DNA of 64,000 bases, taken from contig CAAFYZ010000052.1 of NCBI GenBank assembly GCA_900767415.1, positions 59,660-123,659 on the forward strand, given 5' to 3'. Origin of the DNA: Clostridia bacterium (lineage in GTDB: Bacteria > Bacillota > Clostridia > Oscillospirales > CAG-272). Of the stretch, positions 49,549-61,456 are shown piece by piece. Within the stretch, counting starts at the first letter, position 1; each line of letters begins with the position of its first letter. The notes below the pieces were generated by a model, which ran no database searches, was not told the DNA's origin, and saw nothing but the letters and a program-made list of their open reading frames with translations. A program made the translations under genes and the position numbers.

Positions 49549-50657
49549 AAATCACCCGTTTTCAGGCGGAGAATTTTCGGAATATCAAAGAATGTGATCT
49601 TTCCTTTTCCGACGGGGTGAATCTCTTCTTCGGAGAGAACGCCCAGGGGAAAACCAATGCGATGGAAGGAATCTATCTCTTCTCCCGTGGGAAATCCTTT
49701 CGTAAGATCCCCGAAAAAAATCTCATTCGTTTCGGCGAAGAGGGATTTTCTCTCGGGATAGAATACGAAGACAGGACGGGGAAAAATTCTCTTTCCTATA
49801 CCGTCTTCGGCGGGGAAAGAAAGAGAACGAAGAACGGATACCCCATCGAGAGAGTGTCCGAGATGATAGGGTCTTTCCGTGCCGTCCTCTTTTATCCCGA
49901 TCACCTTCTGCTTATCAAAGAGGGACCCGAGGAAAGACGCAATTTTTTAGACGTGGCGATCTCTCAGTGTTATCCCGTCTATCTCCGCGCATACAGCGAC
50001 TATAAGAGGACGGTGGAACAGCGAAACTGCCTTCTCCGTCTGTCTTCCAAAGGGATTCCCGTCGACAGAGAAGAACTCGTCGCGTGGTCGGAGTCTCTTT
50101 CGGAATACGCCGCGACGCTCTATCTCTATCGGAAACAATATATCGAAGCCCTGGAAGGATATACGTCTTCTTTTATGAAGGAGATCTCCGACGGGCGGGA
50201 AGAAGTCTCTTTGAAGTATCAATGCGACATTCGGGAGACGGCGAAAAAAGAAGAGGCGAAAGAAAGATACCGCGAGGTATTCTTGTCCGATCTCGACCAT
50301 GAGATGAACGCGGGAACGACTCTGTACGGAATGATGCGGGACGACCTCTCCGTCCGTCTGAACGGGAAGAGCGCACGGCTCTTCGCCTCGCAGGGACAGC
50401 AGCGTTCTCTCGTTCTGGCTCTCAAAATGGCGGAAGGAGAAGTCTCGCGCGATCTGTCGGGAGAATACCCGGTCTTCCTTTTGGACGACGTTTTGAGCGA
50501 GCTGGACGGCAGGCGGCGGGAGTTTTTGCTCGGCGGAAGCGGAGAAAAACAGATTCTCATTACTTCCTGCTCCAAAAAAGAGACGGAAGGGGTCACGGAT
50601 CATATCATCGAAGTGAGGGAAGGCGGGTTTTATCCCCTGACGGAAAACGGAACGTAA
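49545..50657 (+). CDS. recF: DNA replication and repair protein RecF
   Basis: FRNIKECDLSF..GVNLFFGENAQGKTN (Walker A), SQGQQRSLVLALK and FLLDDVLSELD. Confidence 0.93.
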   Translation: MKITRFQAENFRNIKECDLSFSDGVNLFFGENAQGKTNAMEGIYLFSRGKSFRKIPEKNLIRFGEEGFSLGIEYEDRTGKNSLSYTVFGGERKRTKNGYPIERVSEMIGSFRAVLFYPDHLLLIKEGPEERRNFLDVAISQCYPVYLRAYSDYKRTVEQRNCLLRLSSKGIPVDREELVAWSESLSEYAATLYLYRKQYIEALEGYTSSFMKEISDGREEVSLKYQCDIRETAKKEEAKERYREVFLSDLDHEMNAGTTLYGMMRDDLSVRLNGKSARLFASQGQQRSLVLALKMAEGEVSRDLSGEYPVFLLDDVLSELDGRRREFLLGGSGEKQILITSCSKKETEGVTDHIIEVREGGFYPLTENGT

Positions 50658-50669
50658 AGAAGGAATTTT

Positions 50670-50933
50670 ATGTATCTTCATATCGGAAAAGGAGAGAGTG
50701 TCAGAGAAGACAGGATCATCGGGATCTTCGACCTCGATACCGCGACGGTCTCTTCCATTACCAAAAATTTTATCGCGACCGAAGAAAAGAAGAAAAACGT
50801 GGAGTACGCGGACACCGATCTTCCGAGAAGTTTTCTTCTCTACGAAGACAGGGAAAAGAAGGCAAGAATAAAACTCTCGCGCATTTCGACATTTTCTCTC
50901 GTCTCGCGCTCGGAAAACAATTCGACGGAATAA
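50670..50933 (+). CDS. remB: DUF370 protein (RemB/YaaB-like)
   Basis: MYLHIGKGESVREDRIIGIFDLD resembles B. subtilis RemB. It occupies the conserved recF-gyrB position. Confidence 0.75.
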   Translation: MYLHIGKGESVREDRIIGIFDLDTATVSSITKNFIATEEKKKNVEYADTDLPRSFLLYEDREKKARIKLSRISTFSLVSRSENNSTE

Positions 50934-52928
<1,995 letters not shown>

Positions 52929-53190
52929 GGTGTGAAGTGTGAAAGAAAAAGTTTTATAAAAGGGAAAGATTCCTTATTCCACACATGAATTTCCCTCAAA
53001 AAGGGTCCCTGCCCCGTTTTGGTTTCCTGTCGGAAACATCGGAAAATTCTTAAACGTAAAAAGAAAAGTTCCAAGCGAAGAGAAAAAATCAATATAGAGG
53101 AAACTTTCTTTATTTCACACAAACCTAAAAAAATATTCTGTATGGAAAGAAAAGTTTACAAATCTGCACGAAAGGAAAGAAAAAAGATCA

Positions 53191-55767
53191 ATGGAACATA
53201 CATATAAAAGCCAGGACATCGAGTTTCCCGATCAGCACATAGAAGAAAAAGACATGGAAAAAGAGGTCAAGAGCGCATTCATTGAGTATTCGATGAGCGT
53301 TATCACCTCCCGTGCCCTTCCCGATGTGCGCGACGGTATGAAACCCGGTCAGCGGCGTATCCTCTACGCAATGTACGAGGACAATCTGACGTATGACAAA
53401 CCCTTCCGTAAGTCGGCGACGACGGTCGGTAACGTGCTCGGTCGCTATCACCCGCACGGCGACTCCGCCGTCTATCAGGCGATGGTAAGAATGGCACAGA
53501 ACTTCTCCCTCCGCTATCCCCTCGTCGAAGGACACGGAAACTTCGGTAACGTCGACGGCGACGGTGCCGCCGCCTACCGTTATACCGAGGCGAGAATGAG
53601 CAAGATCGCCGATCAGATGATGCGCGACATCGAGAAAAAAGTCGTCCCGATGACCCGCAACTTCGACAACACGCGCGACGAGCCGGAAGTACTTCCTTCC
53701 CGCTTCCCGAACCTGCTTGTCAACGGTTCGGTCGGTATCGCCGTCGGTATGGCGACGAATATCCCACCCCACAACCTCTCCGAGGTCATCGAAGGGACGA
53801 TTTTCCGCATGGAGAATCCCGAGTGTACCGTCGACGACATTCTCCCTTATATCAAGGGACCCGACTTCCCCACCGCGGCGCTGATCTACGGCACGCGCGG
53901 AATCAGAGAGGCATACGAGACGGGCAAGGGGCGCATCTACGTGCGTGCCCGCGGGACGATAGACGAAGAGCATCGCCGCATCGTCTTCACCGAGATCCCT
54001 TATATGGTAAACAAGGCACTTCTGATCGAGAGCATCGCGAATCTTTATAAAGAGAAAAAGATCGAAGGAATCTCCGGTCTTCGCGACGAGTCGGGCAGAG
54101 GGGGAATGCGGATCGTCGTCGAATATAAGAAAGAGGCGAACGGCGAGGTCATCATGAACCAGCTCTATAAGTACACCCAGTTGCAGGACACCTGCTCGGT
54201 GAATATGCTGGTCATCGACGGCGGAGAGCCGAAGATCCTTCCCCTTCTCTCCATTCTCGACAATTACATCGCCTTCCAGAAATCCGTCATCGTCAAGCGG
54301 ACGCAGTTCGACCTTGACAAGGCACTGAAAGAACTCCATATCCTCGAAGGATACCGTATCGCGACCGACAACATCGACGAGGTCATCGAGATCATCAAGA
54401 AGAGCGAGTCGATCCCCTCGGCAAAAGAAAGTCTGAAAGAACGCTTCGGTCTCTCCGACGAGCAGGCACAGGCAATCGTCGATATGACCCTCGGTAAACT
54501 CTCGGGACTTGAGAGACAGAAGGTCGAAGACAGAATCGAAAAACTGACCGCTATCGTCGCGGATCTGCGCGACATTCTCGAAAGCGAAGGACGGGTCGAA
54601 GAGATCCTCAAAAACGAGCTGACAGAGATCAAGACGAAGTTCGGCGACAAGCGTCGGACCGAGATCGTCGAGGCGACCGAAGAGATCGACCTCGAAGACC
54701 TGATCGAGCGGCACACCTGCGTTATCACGATGAGCCACACCGGTTACATCAAGAGACAGAGAGCCGACACCTACACGGCGCAGAACCGCGGCGGCAAGGG
54801 TATCATCGGCATGACGACGAAGGAAGACGACTACGTCGAGAACCTGATCGTCGTCGACAGCCATTCCACCCTTCTCTTCTTCACCAACTTCGGTAAGGTC
54901 TACGCGAAGAAGGCGTATCGGATTCCCGAGGCGTCGAGAACCGCGAAGGGATCGAACATCGTCAATATCCTCGACGTCGAAAAGGACGAAAAGGTGACGG
55001 CGATTCTGCCCGTGACCGAGTTCAACGAAGGCGAGTACCTCACGATGATCACCCGCTTCGGCGTCATCAAGAGGACGCGCCTCACCGACTTCTCCTACCA
55101 GAGAAAGGGAGGGAAAATCGCCATTACGCTTGACGAGGGCGACGAACTTCTCTTTGTCAGACATACCACGGGCGGAGAGAATCTGCTCATTGCCACAAAG
55201 GACGGCAACGCCGTCCGCTTCACCGAAGAGAATGTCCGCGTGATGGGCAGAGGAGCGCGCGGCGTGCGCGGTATCACCCTGTCCGACGGGGACGAGGTCG
55301 TCGGTGTCGCCGTGGTCGACGATACGAAGATGCTCCTCACCATCACGGAAAAGGGGCTTGGCAAGAGAACGCCCTTCTCCGAGTTCCGCGAGATGAAGAA
55401 TCGTGGCGGACACGGTATCATCTGCCACCACATCACCGAGCGGTCGGGTAAACTCTCGTCCATCGCCGCCGTGGCGGAAGACGACGACGTCATGCTGATC
55501 ACCGACGAAGGTACGATTATCCGTATCCCCGTCTCGGGCATCAACGTCTATTCGAGAGGTGCGTCGGGCATTATCGTCATGCGCCTTGCCGAAGGAAGCT
55601 CCATCATTCACTTCGCGAGAATCGAGAAGGAAGAGGAGATCGAGCGGGAGAGCGAGACGATCGACAAGACCATCGCCGAGTCGCCGAAGCCCGCACCCGA
55701 AAGAGAGGCACTCGACGACGATACCGACGAAGAGCCGACGGACGACGGGGAAGGATCGGAAGAATGA
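53191..55767 (+). CDS. gyrA: DNA gyrase subunit A
   Basis: [50 protein letters not shown] (active-site Tyr) and an acidic C-terminal tail. Confidence 0.97.
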   Translation: MEHTYKSQDIEFPDQHIEEKDMEKEVKSAFIEYSMSVITSRALPDVRDGMKPGQRRILYAMYEDNLTYDKPFRKSATTVGNVLGRYHPHGDSAVYQAMVRMAQNFSLRYPLVEGHGNFGNVDGDGAAAYRYTEARMSKIADQMMRDIEKKVVPMTRNFDNTRDEPEVLPSRFPNLLVNGSVGIAVGMATNIPPHNLSEVIEGTIFRMENPECTVDDILPYIKGPDFPTAALIYGTRGIREAYETGKGRIYVRARGTIDEEHRRIVFTEIPYMVNKALLIESIANLYKEKKIEGISGLRDESGRGGMRIVVEYKKEANGEVIMNQLYKYTQLQDTCSVNMLVIDGGEPKILPLLSILDNYIAFQKSVIVKRTQFDLDKALKELHILEGYRIATDNIDEVIEIIKKSESIPSAKESLKERFGLSDEQAQAIVDMTLGKLSGLERQKVEDRIEKLTAIVADLRDILESEGRVEEILKNELTEIKTKFGDKRRTEIVEATEEIDLEDLIERHTCVITMSHTGYIKRQRADTYTAQNRGGKGIIGMTTKEDDYVENLIVVDSHSTLLFFTNFGKVYAKKAYRIPEASRTAKGSNIVNILDVEKDEKVTAILPVTEFNEGEYLTMITRFGVIKRTRLTDFSYQRKGGKIAITLDEGDELLFVRHTTGGENLLIATKDGNAVRFTEENVRVMGRGARGVRGITLSDGDEVVGVAVVDDTKMLLTITEKGLGKRTPFSEFREMKNRGGHGIICHHITERSGKLSSIAAVAEDDDVMLITDEGTIIRIPVSGINVYSRGASGIIVMRLAEGSSIIHFARIEKEEEIERESETIDKTIAESPKPAPEREALDDDTDEEPTDDGEGSEE

Positions 55768-56417
55768 GACGCGTCGTTTCGGGACTTCTGATTTGCGCGC
55801 TGACCCTTCTTTCCCTTCTCTCCTGCGGGGAGAAGAACCGCACCTATGACGAAGGAGAAGTCCTCGCCGCGGCGCGGACGCTCCTTCCCGCCGCCGAGGC
55901 ACTCAACGAAATCTACTACGGAGACGGGATTCGCCCGGACACCGAGCGCACGGAAGAAAAAAACGGGGTCTACTACCCCGCCCTTGCCGAAGACCTTGCG
56001 CGCTATTCCCTTTCGACGGTCGACGAACTGAAAGAGAGAACCCGCGCGACCTTTTCCGCCTCCCTTTCTTCCCTTCTCTTCTCCACGAAACTTTCTTCCG
56101 TCTCGGACGGAGAAAGTATCACGTCCTTTTCGCGGTTTTATCAGGCGTATGAAGGAAAAGGCGAAGAGAAAAAGCCGACCTTCTTCATGGTAAATTCCGA
56201 GACGAAGGGACTCCTCACCGATAAACTTACGTACGATTACGAGAACCTTTCGGTCGAAGGTGCCGAGGGACAGACGGTCTATGTTACCCTGTCCGTCGTC
56301 GCCGAGAACGAAAAGGGAGAGCGTGCGACCGTCTCTTTGCGCGTCGGACTGTTGGAAGAGGCGGACGGATGGCGGATCGACACGCCGACCTACGCGAGAT
56401 ACCCACTTACCAAATAA
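55764..56417 (+). CDS. Hypothetical lipoprotein
   Basis: [15 protein letters not shown] lipobox. The start overlaps the gyrA stop (ATGA). Confidence 0.7.
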   Translation: MRRVVSGLLICALTLLSLLSCGEKNRTYDEGEVLAAARTLLPAAEALNEIYYGDGIRPDTERTEEKNGVYYPALAEDLARYSLSTVDELKERTRATFSASLSSLLFSTKLSSVSDGESITSFSRFYQAYEGKGEEKKPTFFMVNSETKGLLTDKLTYDYENLSVEGAEGQTVYVTLSVVAENEKGERATVSLRVGLLEEADGWRIDTPTYARYPLTK

Positions 56418-56777
56418 GATTGCGGAATGATCTGTATTCGACACGCCTATGAGTCGCCGCGGCGCTTCTTTTTGTAGGGGTCGGCGCCCCCGACGACCCG
56501 CAAAAGGGTGGCGAATCGACACACCGACCTATGCGAGATACCCGATAAATCATTAAAAAAATATCATTGAGGGTTCTCTTCTCTCGCTGAAAGCGAATTT
56601 CACATGACGCAGTCATATTTCACGCGAGGAGCGCATTTCACCCGACCGCAGGTCGGATTTCGTTCCTACGCGAGATACCCCATCCACCGATAAGAAAAAC
56701 GCTTTCTTATCGACCTTACTTATTTTGTTTTCTTTTGAAAAAATATAAAAAACTTTTTGAAAAGCGAGGTTTTTCAC

Positions 56778-57398
56778 ATGAAATTCAAGGAAAAAATCGT
56801 CAAGCTCAGAAAACTGAAGGGTCTGACCCAGGACGAGTTTGCCAGCGCCGTCGGCGTCTCCCGCCAGGCAGTCTACAAGTGGGAGTGCGGACAGTCCTAC
56901 CCCGAAGTGGCAAAACTTCTTGAAATCAAGATGCTCTTCGGTATCAGCATCGACGATCTTCTCGACGAGAGCTACGAAGTCATCGTCCCCGAAAAGAAGA
57001 AGAGAAAGAGAAGACCGAAGACCGAAGAAGAACTTGCCGCCGCGGCAGCCGCCAAGGCAGCGAGAGCAGAAGCCAACAAGGAAAAGAGCGAGTACGAAAA
57101 GTACTTCTCCGAGCCGACGATGGACGATGCCGCCATCCGCAAGGAGATTCTCAGCGTAAACGAAGAGAAAAAGGAAGAGGCACCGAAGGCGGAAGCACCG
57201 AAGGTCGAAGTCAAGCCGGAAGTCAAGCCGGAAGTAAAACCCGAGCCGAAACCCGAAGCAAAGCCCGCACCGAAGGCAGAAGCACCGAAGGTCGAAAAGA
57301 AACCCGAAGAGCCGAAGCCCGCGCCCAAGGCGGAAGAAAAACCCGCCGAGAAAGAAGTCAAGGGCGGACTCTTCAGCCGTCTGTTCGGTAAGAAATAA
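56778..57398 (+). CDS. XRE-family HTH protein with a Lys/Pro/Glu/Ala-rich repetitive tail
   Basis: LRKLKGLTQDEFASAVGVSRQAVYKWECGQSYP HTH. The tail carries KPEVKPEVKPEPKPEAKPAPKAEAPK repeats. The ATG at 56778 is preferred. Confidence 0.8.
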   Translation: MKFKEKIVKLRKLKGLTQDEFASAVGVSRQAVYKWECGQSYPEVAKLLEIKMLFGISIDDLLDESYEVIVPEKKKRKRRPKTEEELAAAAAAKAARAEANKEKSEYEKYFSEPTMDDAAIRKEILSVNEEKKEEAPKAEAPKVEVKPEVKPEVKPEPKPEAKPAPKAEAPKVEKKPEEPKPAPKAEEKPAEKEVKGGLFSRLFGKK

Positions 57399-57645
57399 GA
57401 CGGATTTTGTAAATTTTCATTTACATTCATTGATTTTTTGAGGAAAAATGTCGGAATCGGACAAAAAGGATCCCGATAATCCTCTCACGCGCCCTTTTTC
57501 AAAAAAGGGAAAAATTGCATAAAATGCCCCGTTTTGTTTACAATGAGAAAAACGAGAAAAGACGCGTCTTTTTCTTCTTCGGAGACAAGAGAGAAAAAGA
57601 GCGATCCTGCCGCCCCAAAAAAGGCGGCGGGAAGACGGGGGATCT

Positions 57646-57927
57646 ATGGTACGCGGGACACAGAAAAGAATCGTCTATGTGAAAAACACGGGAGGAGCCG
57701 TCTTCGAAGAGGCGTTTTTCGTCGTGAAGGACGGAAAAGAGTCCGGACTCTCCGACGGCGATATGTTAGGAGAGGCGACCCGCATCATAGAAGAACACGC
57801 CGTGCGGGGCGGGCGGAGGGAAGAAGAGCGAAGGAAAAATTTTCCGGCGTGGCTTTTCTTCCTTTTCGGCATGCTGCTCTCCCTCGCCGTCAGCGCGTGC
57901 GCATACTTTTTTGCCGTCGTCCGATAG
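57646..57927 (+). CDS. Small hypothetical protein with a C-terminal TM anchor
   Basis: 93 aa with RBS GGGGGA. A globular-looking N-terminus (KRIVYVKNTGGAVFEEAFFVVKDG) is followed by the hydrophobic stretch WLFFLFGMLLSLAVSACAYFF. Confidence 0.5.
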   Translation: MVRGTQKRIVYVKNTGGAVFEEAFFVVKDGKESGLSDGDMLGEATRIIEEHAVRGGRREEERRKNFPAWLFFLFGMLLSLAVSACAYFFAVVR

Positions 57928-58322
57928 ACGCCGCACAGCGGAAAAAGAAAAAAGGAAGACGGCGCAACGAAACGATTTGCTTTCCCCACGGGAAAGAGAG
58001 CCGCGGCGTTCGCGGCATAGATTACGGAGTAAAACTTTTGACAAACAATAAAAACAGAAACGATTACAGAAAGGCGAAGGGAGAAGAGGACGTTTTCGAG
58101 CCGTTTGAAAAGAACGGGAAAAAGAAGAAACCTTCCTTCTCCGACGCCAAAAGAGGGACGAGAGAAAAAGGCGGAAAAGAAAGAATCTCCCGCGGGGACA
58201 GACGCCCCTTCCCCACCGAGAAAAAAGCGGGAAACACGAACCCCCACCCGCACCGCTCCCCCGCCCCGCAAAAAGCCGCCGAAGAGCGTAAAGGGACGGG
58301 CGAAAAGAAGAAAAACGCCGCC

Positions 58323-60062
58323 ATGGCGAAGTCCTCTCCCCGCCTCTCTCTTGCGAAGCCGATGACGAAGACGGCAAAAGGGACCTATCGCCCCGCAGAC
58401 CACGGCGGAAAACTGAAGATCATGTCCCTCGGCGGGCTGCAGGAAATCGGCAAGAACATGACCGTCCTCGAATACGGGAACGATATCATCGTGGTGGACT
58501 GCGGCATGGCGTTCCCCGACGAGGAGATGCCGGGCGTCGACTATGTGATTCCCGATGTCTCCTACCTTGTCAAAAACGCCGACAAGGTGCGCGGCATCCT
58601 CATCACGCACGGGCACGAAGACCATATCGGCGCAATCCCCTACGTCCTCGCGCAGGTGCGCACGCCCATCTACGGCACGCGCCTCTCTCTCGGGATCATC
58701 GAAGGGAAACTTGCCGAGAATCACCCGGACTACGAGCCGGACCTCTATACGGTGGAGGCGGGCGACACGGTCGATCTCGGCGTCTTCCGCGTGGAATTCG
58801 TCCACGTCAACCATTCCATCGCGGACGCCTGTGCCCTCGCGATCCGCACGCCGGTCGCCACGGTGTTCCACACCGGGGACTTCAAGATCGACGTCTCCCC
58901 GATCGACGGCAAAATGATAGACCTCACGAGAATCGGCGAGATCGGGCGCGAAGGGGTGGATCTTCTCCTGTGCGAATCGACGAACGCGGAGCGCGCGGGC
59001 TTTACCCCGTCGGAGCGCACCGTCGGCAGTTCGCTCGAGCGCATTTTCATGCAGTACGTAGACCGCAGAATCCTCATCGCGACCTTCTCTTCCAACGTGC
59101 ACCGAGTGCAGCAGATCATCGACGCAAGTTACAGCCACGGCAGAAAAGTCGCCGTCATGGGGCGCAGCATGGTGAACGTCATCGGCGCGGCGACCGAACT
59201 CGGATACATGGACTTTCCCGAGGGTGTCCTGATCGACATCTCGGAGATCAAACGCTATAAGCCCGAACAGATTACCATCATCACGACGGGGAGTCAGGGC
59301 GAGCCGATGTCCGCCCTCTACCGCATCGCCTTCTCCGAAAATGAGAAGGTAAAAATCGACCCGCGCGACGTCGTGATTTTAAGTTCCAGTGCCATTCCCG
59401 GCAACGAAAAACTGATCGGCAAGATCATCAACGCCCTCGTCAAGAGCGGCGTCCGCGTCGTCAACGACTCGGTCGAAGAAGTGCACGTCTCGGGACACGC
59501 CTGCCGCGAGGAGATCAAGATGCTGATCGGACTTCTGAAGCCGAAATACTTCGTTCCGATCCACGGCGAGTACCGCCATCTTTACGCCAACAAGGACAAC
59601 GCCGAGTTTATGGGAATCCCCGCGGAGAACATTCTGATCTCCGAGATCGGCAAGGTCATCGAGCTTGACAAAAACGGCATCCGCTTCCACGGCACCGTCC
59701 CTTCGGGCAACGTGCTGGTGGACGGCTCGGGCGTCGGCGACATCGGCTCGGTCGTCCTGCGGGACAGAAAGCACCTCTCCGAGGACGGTCTTGTCGTCGT
59801 CGTGGCGACGGTGGATCTCGCGGGAGGGAATCTCCTCTCGGGTCCCGACATCGTCTCCCGCGGCTTCGTCTACGTCAAGGAGTCGGAGGAACTGATGGAG
59901 GCATCGCGGCGGATCGTCGCGGACGCACTCACGGACGCACTCGACCGCCATATCACCGACTGGGCAGAACTCAAGAGCGTGATCCGCGACTGCCTTGCAA
60001 AATTTATTTTCGCAAAAACCAAGAGAAAACCGATGATTCTTCCTGTCATCATGGAGATCTGA
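58323..60062 (+). CDS. rnj: Ribonuclease J (beta-CASP metallo-beta-lactamase)
   Basis: KLKIMSLGGLQEIGKNMTVLEY, ILITHGHEDHIG, beta-CASP and C-terminal domains. The start is uncertain: ATG 58323, or TTG 58038 preceded by GGAG. The frame is open back to 57534. Confidence 0.85.
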   Translation: MAKSSPRLSLAKPMTKTAKGTYRPADHGGKLKIMSLGGLQEIGKNMTVLEYGNDIIVVDCGMAFPDEEMPGVDYVIPDVSYLVKNADKVRGILITHGHEDHIGAIPYVLAQVRTPIYGTRLSLGIIEGKLAENHPDYEPDLYTVEAGDTVDLGVFRVEFVHVNHSIADACALAIRTPVATVFHTGDFKIDVSPIDGKMIDLTRIGEIGREGVDLLLCESTNAERAGFTPSERTVGSSLERIFMQYVDRRILIATFSSNVHRVQQIIDASYSHGRKVAVMGRSMVNVIGAATELGYMDFPEGVLIDISEIKRYKPEQITIITTGSQGEPMSALYRIAFSENEKVKIDPRDVVILSSSAIPGNEKLIGKIINALVKSGVRVVNDSVEEVHVSGHACREEIKMLIGLLKPKYFVPIHGEYRHLYANKDNAEFMGIPAENILISEIGKVIELDKNGIRFHGTVPSGNVLVDGSGVGDIGSVVLRDRKHLSEDGLVVVVATVDLAGGNLLSGPDIVSRGFVYVKESEELMEASRRIVADALTDALDRHITDWAELKSVIRDCLAKFIFAKTKRKPMILPVIMEI

Positions 60063-60117
60063 TTTTTCGGAAAAAGAACCGAAACAAACCTCATTTTATA
60101 AACGAAAGTTTACAATT

Positions 60118-60753
60118 ATGATGATTTTTGCTTACGCCGATCTTTCGCCGGCGTTGCACGGCGAGACCGATCGGAAGACGATCGCGGGGGTACAGCACGT
60201 AGAGGCATACCGACTGCTCGCCGATCTCTACCGCATCGTGTACCAAAAGGACCTTCCCGCTCTTCGGCGCGCGGAGGGCGGAAAGCCCTATCTTTGCGGG
60301 CGGGAGGTCCCCTTCTTTTCCGTCTCGCACGAGGGGTGCGTGGTCGGCGTCTTTCTCTCCTCTTCTCACGAGGCGGGACTGGACATCAACCGCACGACGA
60401 GAGCGGCGAACGAGCGCGCCTGCCGTCGCTTTCTCGGTGCCATGCGGGAGAGCGACCGCCTCCCGTCCGAGGACGTGACGTTTTACCGTGCGGCATACAG
60501 AGAAGGAAGACGGTACGTGCCGACGCCCTTTTCCCCCGTTTTTTCGGAAGAAGAAGAGGTGGCGACGCGCTTTTCCCGTGCCGAGGCGTGTCTGAAACTG
60601 TCGGGCGGCGGCTTCGCCGATCTATCGCGCCTTGCGGAGATTTCGGCGCGCGCGCAGGTGCTGTCCTTTTTCCTTCCGCCCCCGCTCTCTTCCTATACCG
60701 TATCGCTCGCCGTCGATCCGACGGAAAAGACCCCGCGGGATCTTCGCGGGTAA
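60118..60753 (+). CDS. 4'-phosphopantetheinyl transferase superfamily-like protein
   Basis: GGKPYL..FFSVSHEGCVVGVF..AGLDIN and FSRAEACLKLSGGG resemble Sfp-type motifs, but the usual G-x-D-x-E reads GLDIN. Confidence 0.45.
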   Translation: MMIFAYADLSPALHGETDRKTIAGVQHVEAYRLLADLYRIVYQKDLPALRRAEGGKPYLCGREVPFFSVSHEGCVVGVFLSSSHEAGLDINRTTRAANERACRRFLGAMRESDRLPSEDVTFYRAAYREGRRYVPTPFSPVFSEEEEVATRFSRAEACLKLSGGGFADLSRLAEISARAQVLSFFLPPPLSSYTVSLAVDPTEKTPRDLRG

Positions 60754-60781
60754 CGGACCTTTAAGAAGAAAGGAGACTCCG

Positions 60782-61456
60782 ATGTTCAAAATTCTGATTG
60801 TGGAGGACGACTCCGAGCTGCGCGGACTTTTTAAGCGCGTGCTCGTCAAGAACGGATATTCCGTCCGCACGGCATCGAACGGCGCCGAGGCACTCGACCT
60901 TGTCGGTGCGGAATACATCGACCTGATTATCTCGGACATTATGATGCCGGTGATGGACGGCTACGCGATGGTCTCTTCCCTGCGGGAGTCGGGCTATCAG
61001 ATGCCCGTCATGATGATTACGGCGAAGGACGCCTTTGACGATATGAAACTCGGCTTTCTCTCCGGGACGGACGATTATATGGTAAAGCCGATCAACGTCA
61101 ACGAGATGGTTCTCCGCGTCGGTGCGCTTCTTCGCCGCGCCGAGATGATGAACGAGAGACGGCAGACTTTCGGCTCGACCGAACTCGACTGCGACTCTCT
61201 CACCGTGACGACGAACGGACAGTCCGTCACGCTCCCGCAGAAGGAATTCATGCTTCTTTACAAAATGGCGTCCTTCCCCGGGAAGATTTTTACAAGACAG
61301 CAACTGATGGACGACATCTGGGGGTACGACACGGAGACCGACCGTCATACCGTCGATGTCCACATCGGGAGACTGCGCGACAGATTCCGCGACAACCCCG
61401 ACTTTCAGATCACGACCATCCGCGGCGTCGGTTATAAGGTGACGAAGACAACATGA
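60782..61456 (+). CDS. OmpR-family response regulator
   Basis: MFKILIVEDD, DLIISDIMMP, MITAKD and the winged-helix end TIRGVGYKV. Confidence 0.9.
   Translation: MFKILIVEDDSELRGLFKRVLVKNGYSVRTASNGAEALDLVGAEYIDLIISDIMMPVMDGYAMVSSLRESGYQMPVMMITAKDAFDDMKLGFLSGTDDYMVKPINVNEMVLRVGALLRRAEMMNERRQTFGSTELDCDSLTVTTNGQSVTLPQKEFMLLYKMASFPGKIFTRQQLMDDIWGYDTETDRHTVDVHIGRLRDRFRDNPDFQITTIRGVGYKVTKTT

Noticed and set aside
52929-53190. DnaA-box-like TGTGAA/TTCCACAC motifs in the AT-rich gyrB-gyrA spacer as a second origin element.
   Set aside because: Matches to TTATCCACA need two or more mismatches or an insertion. The region is simply AT-rich promoter/leader DNA for gyrA.
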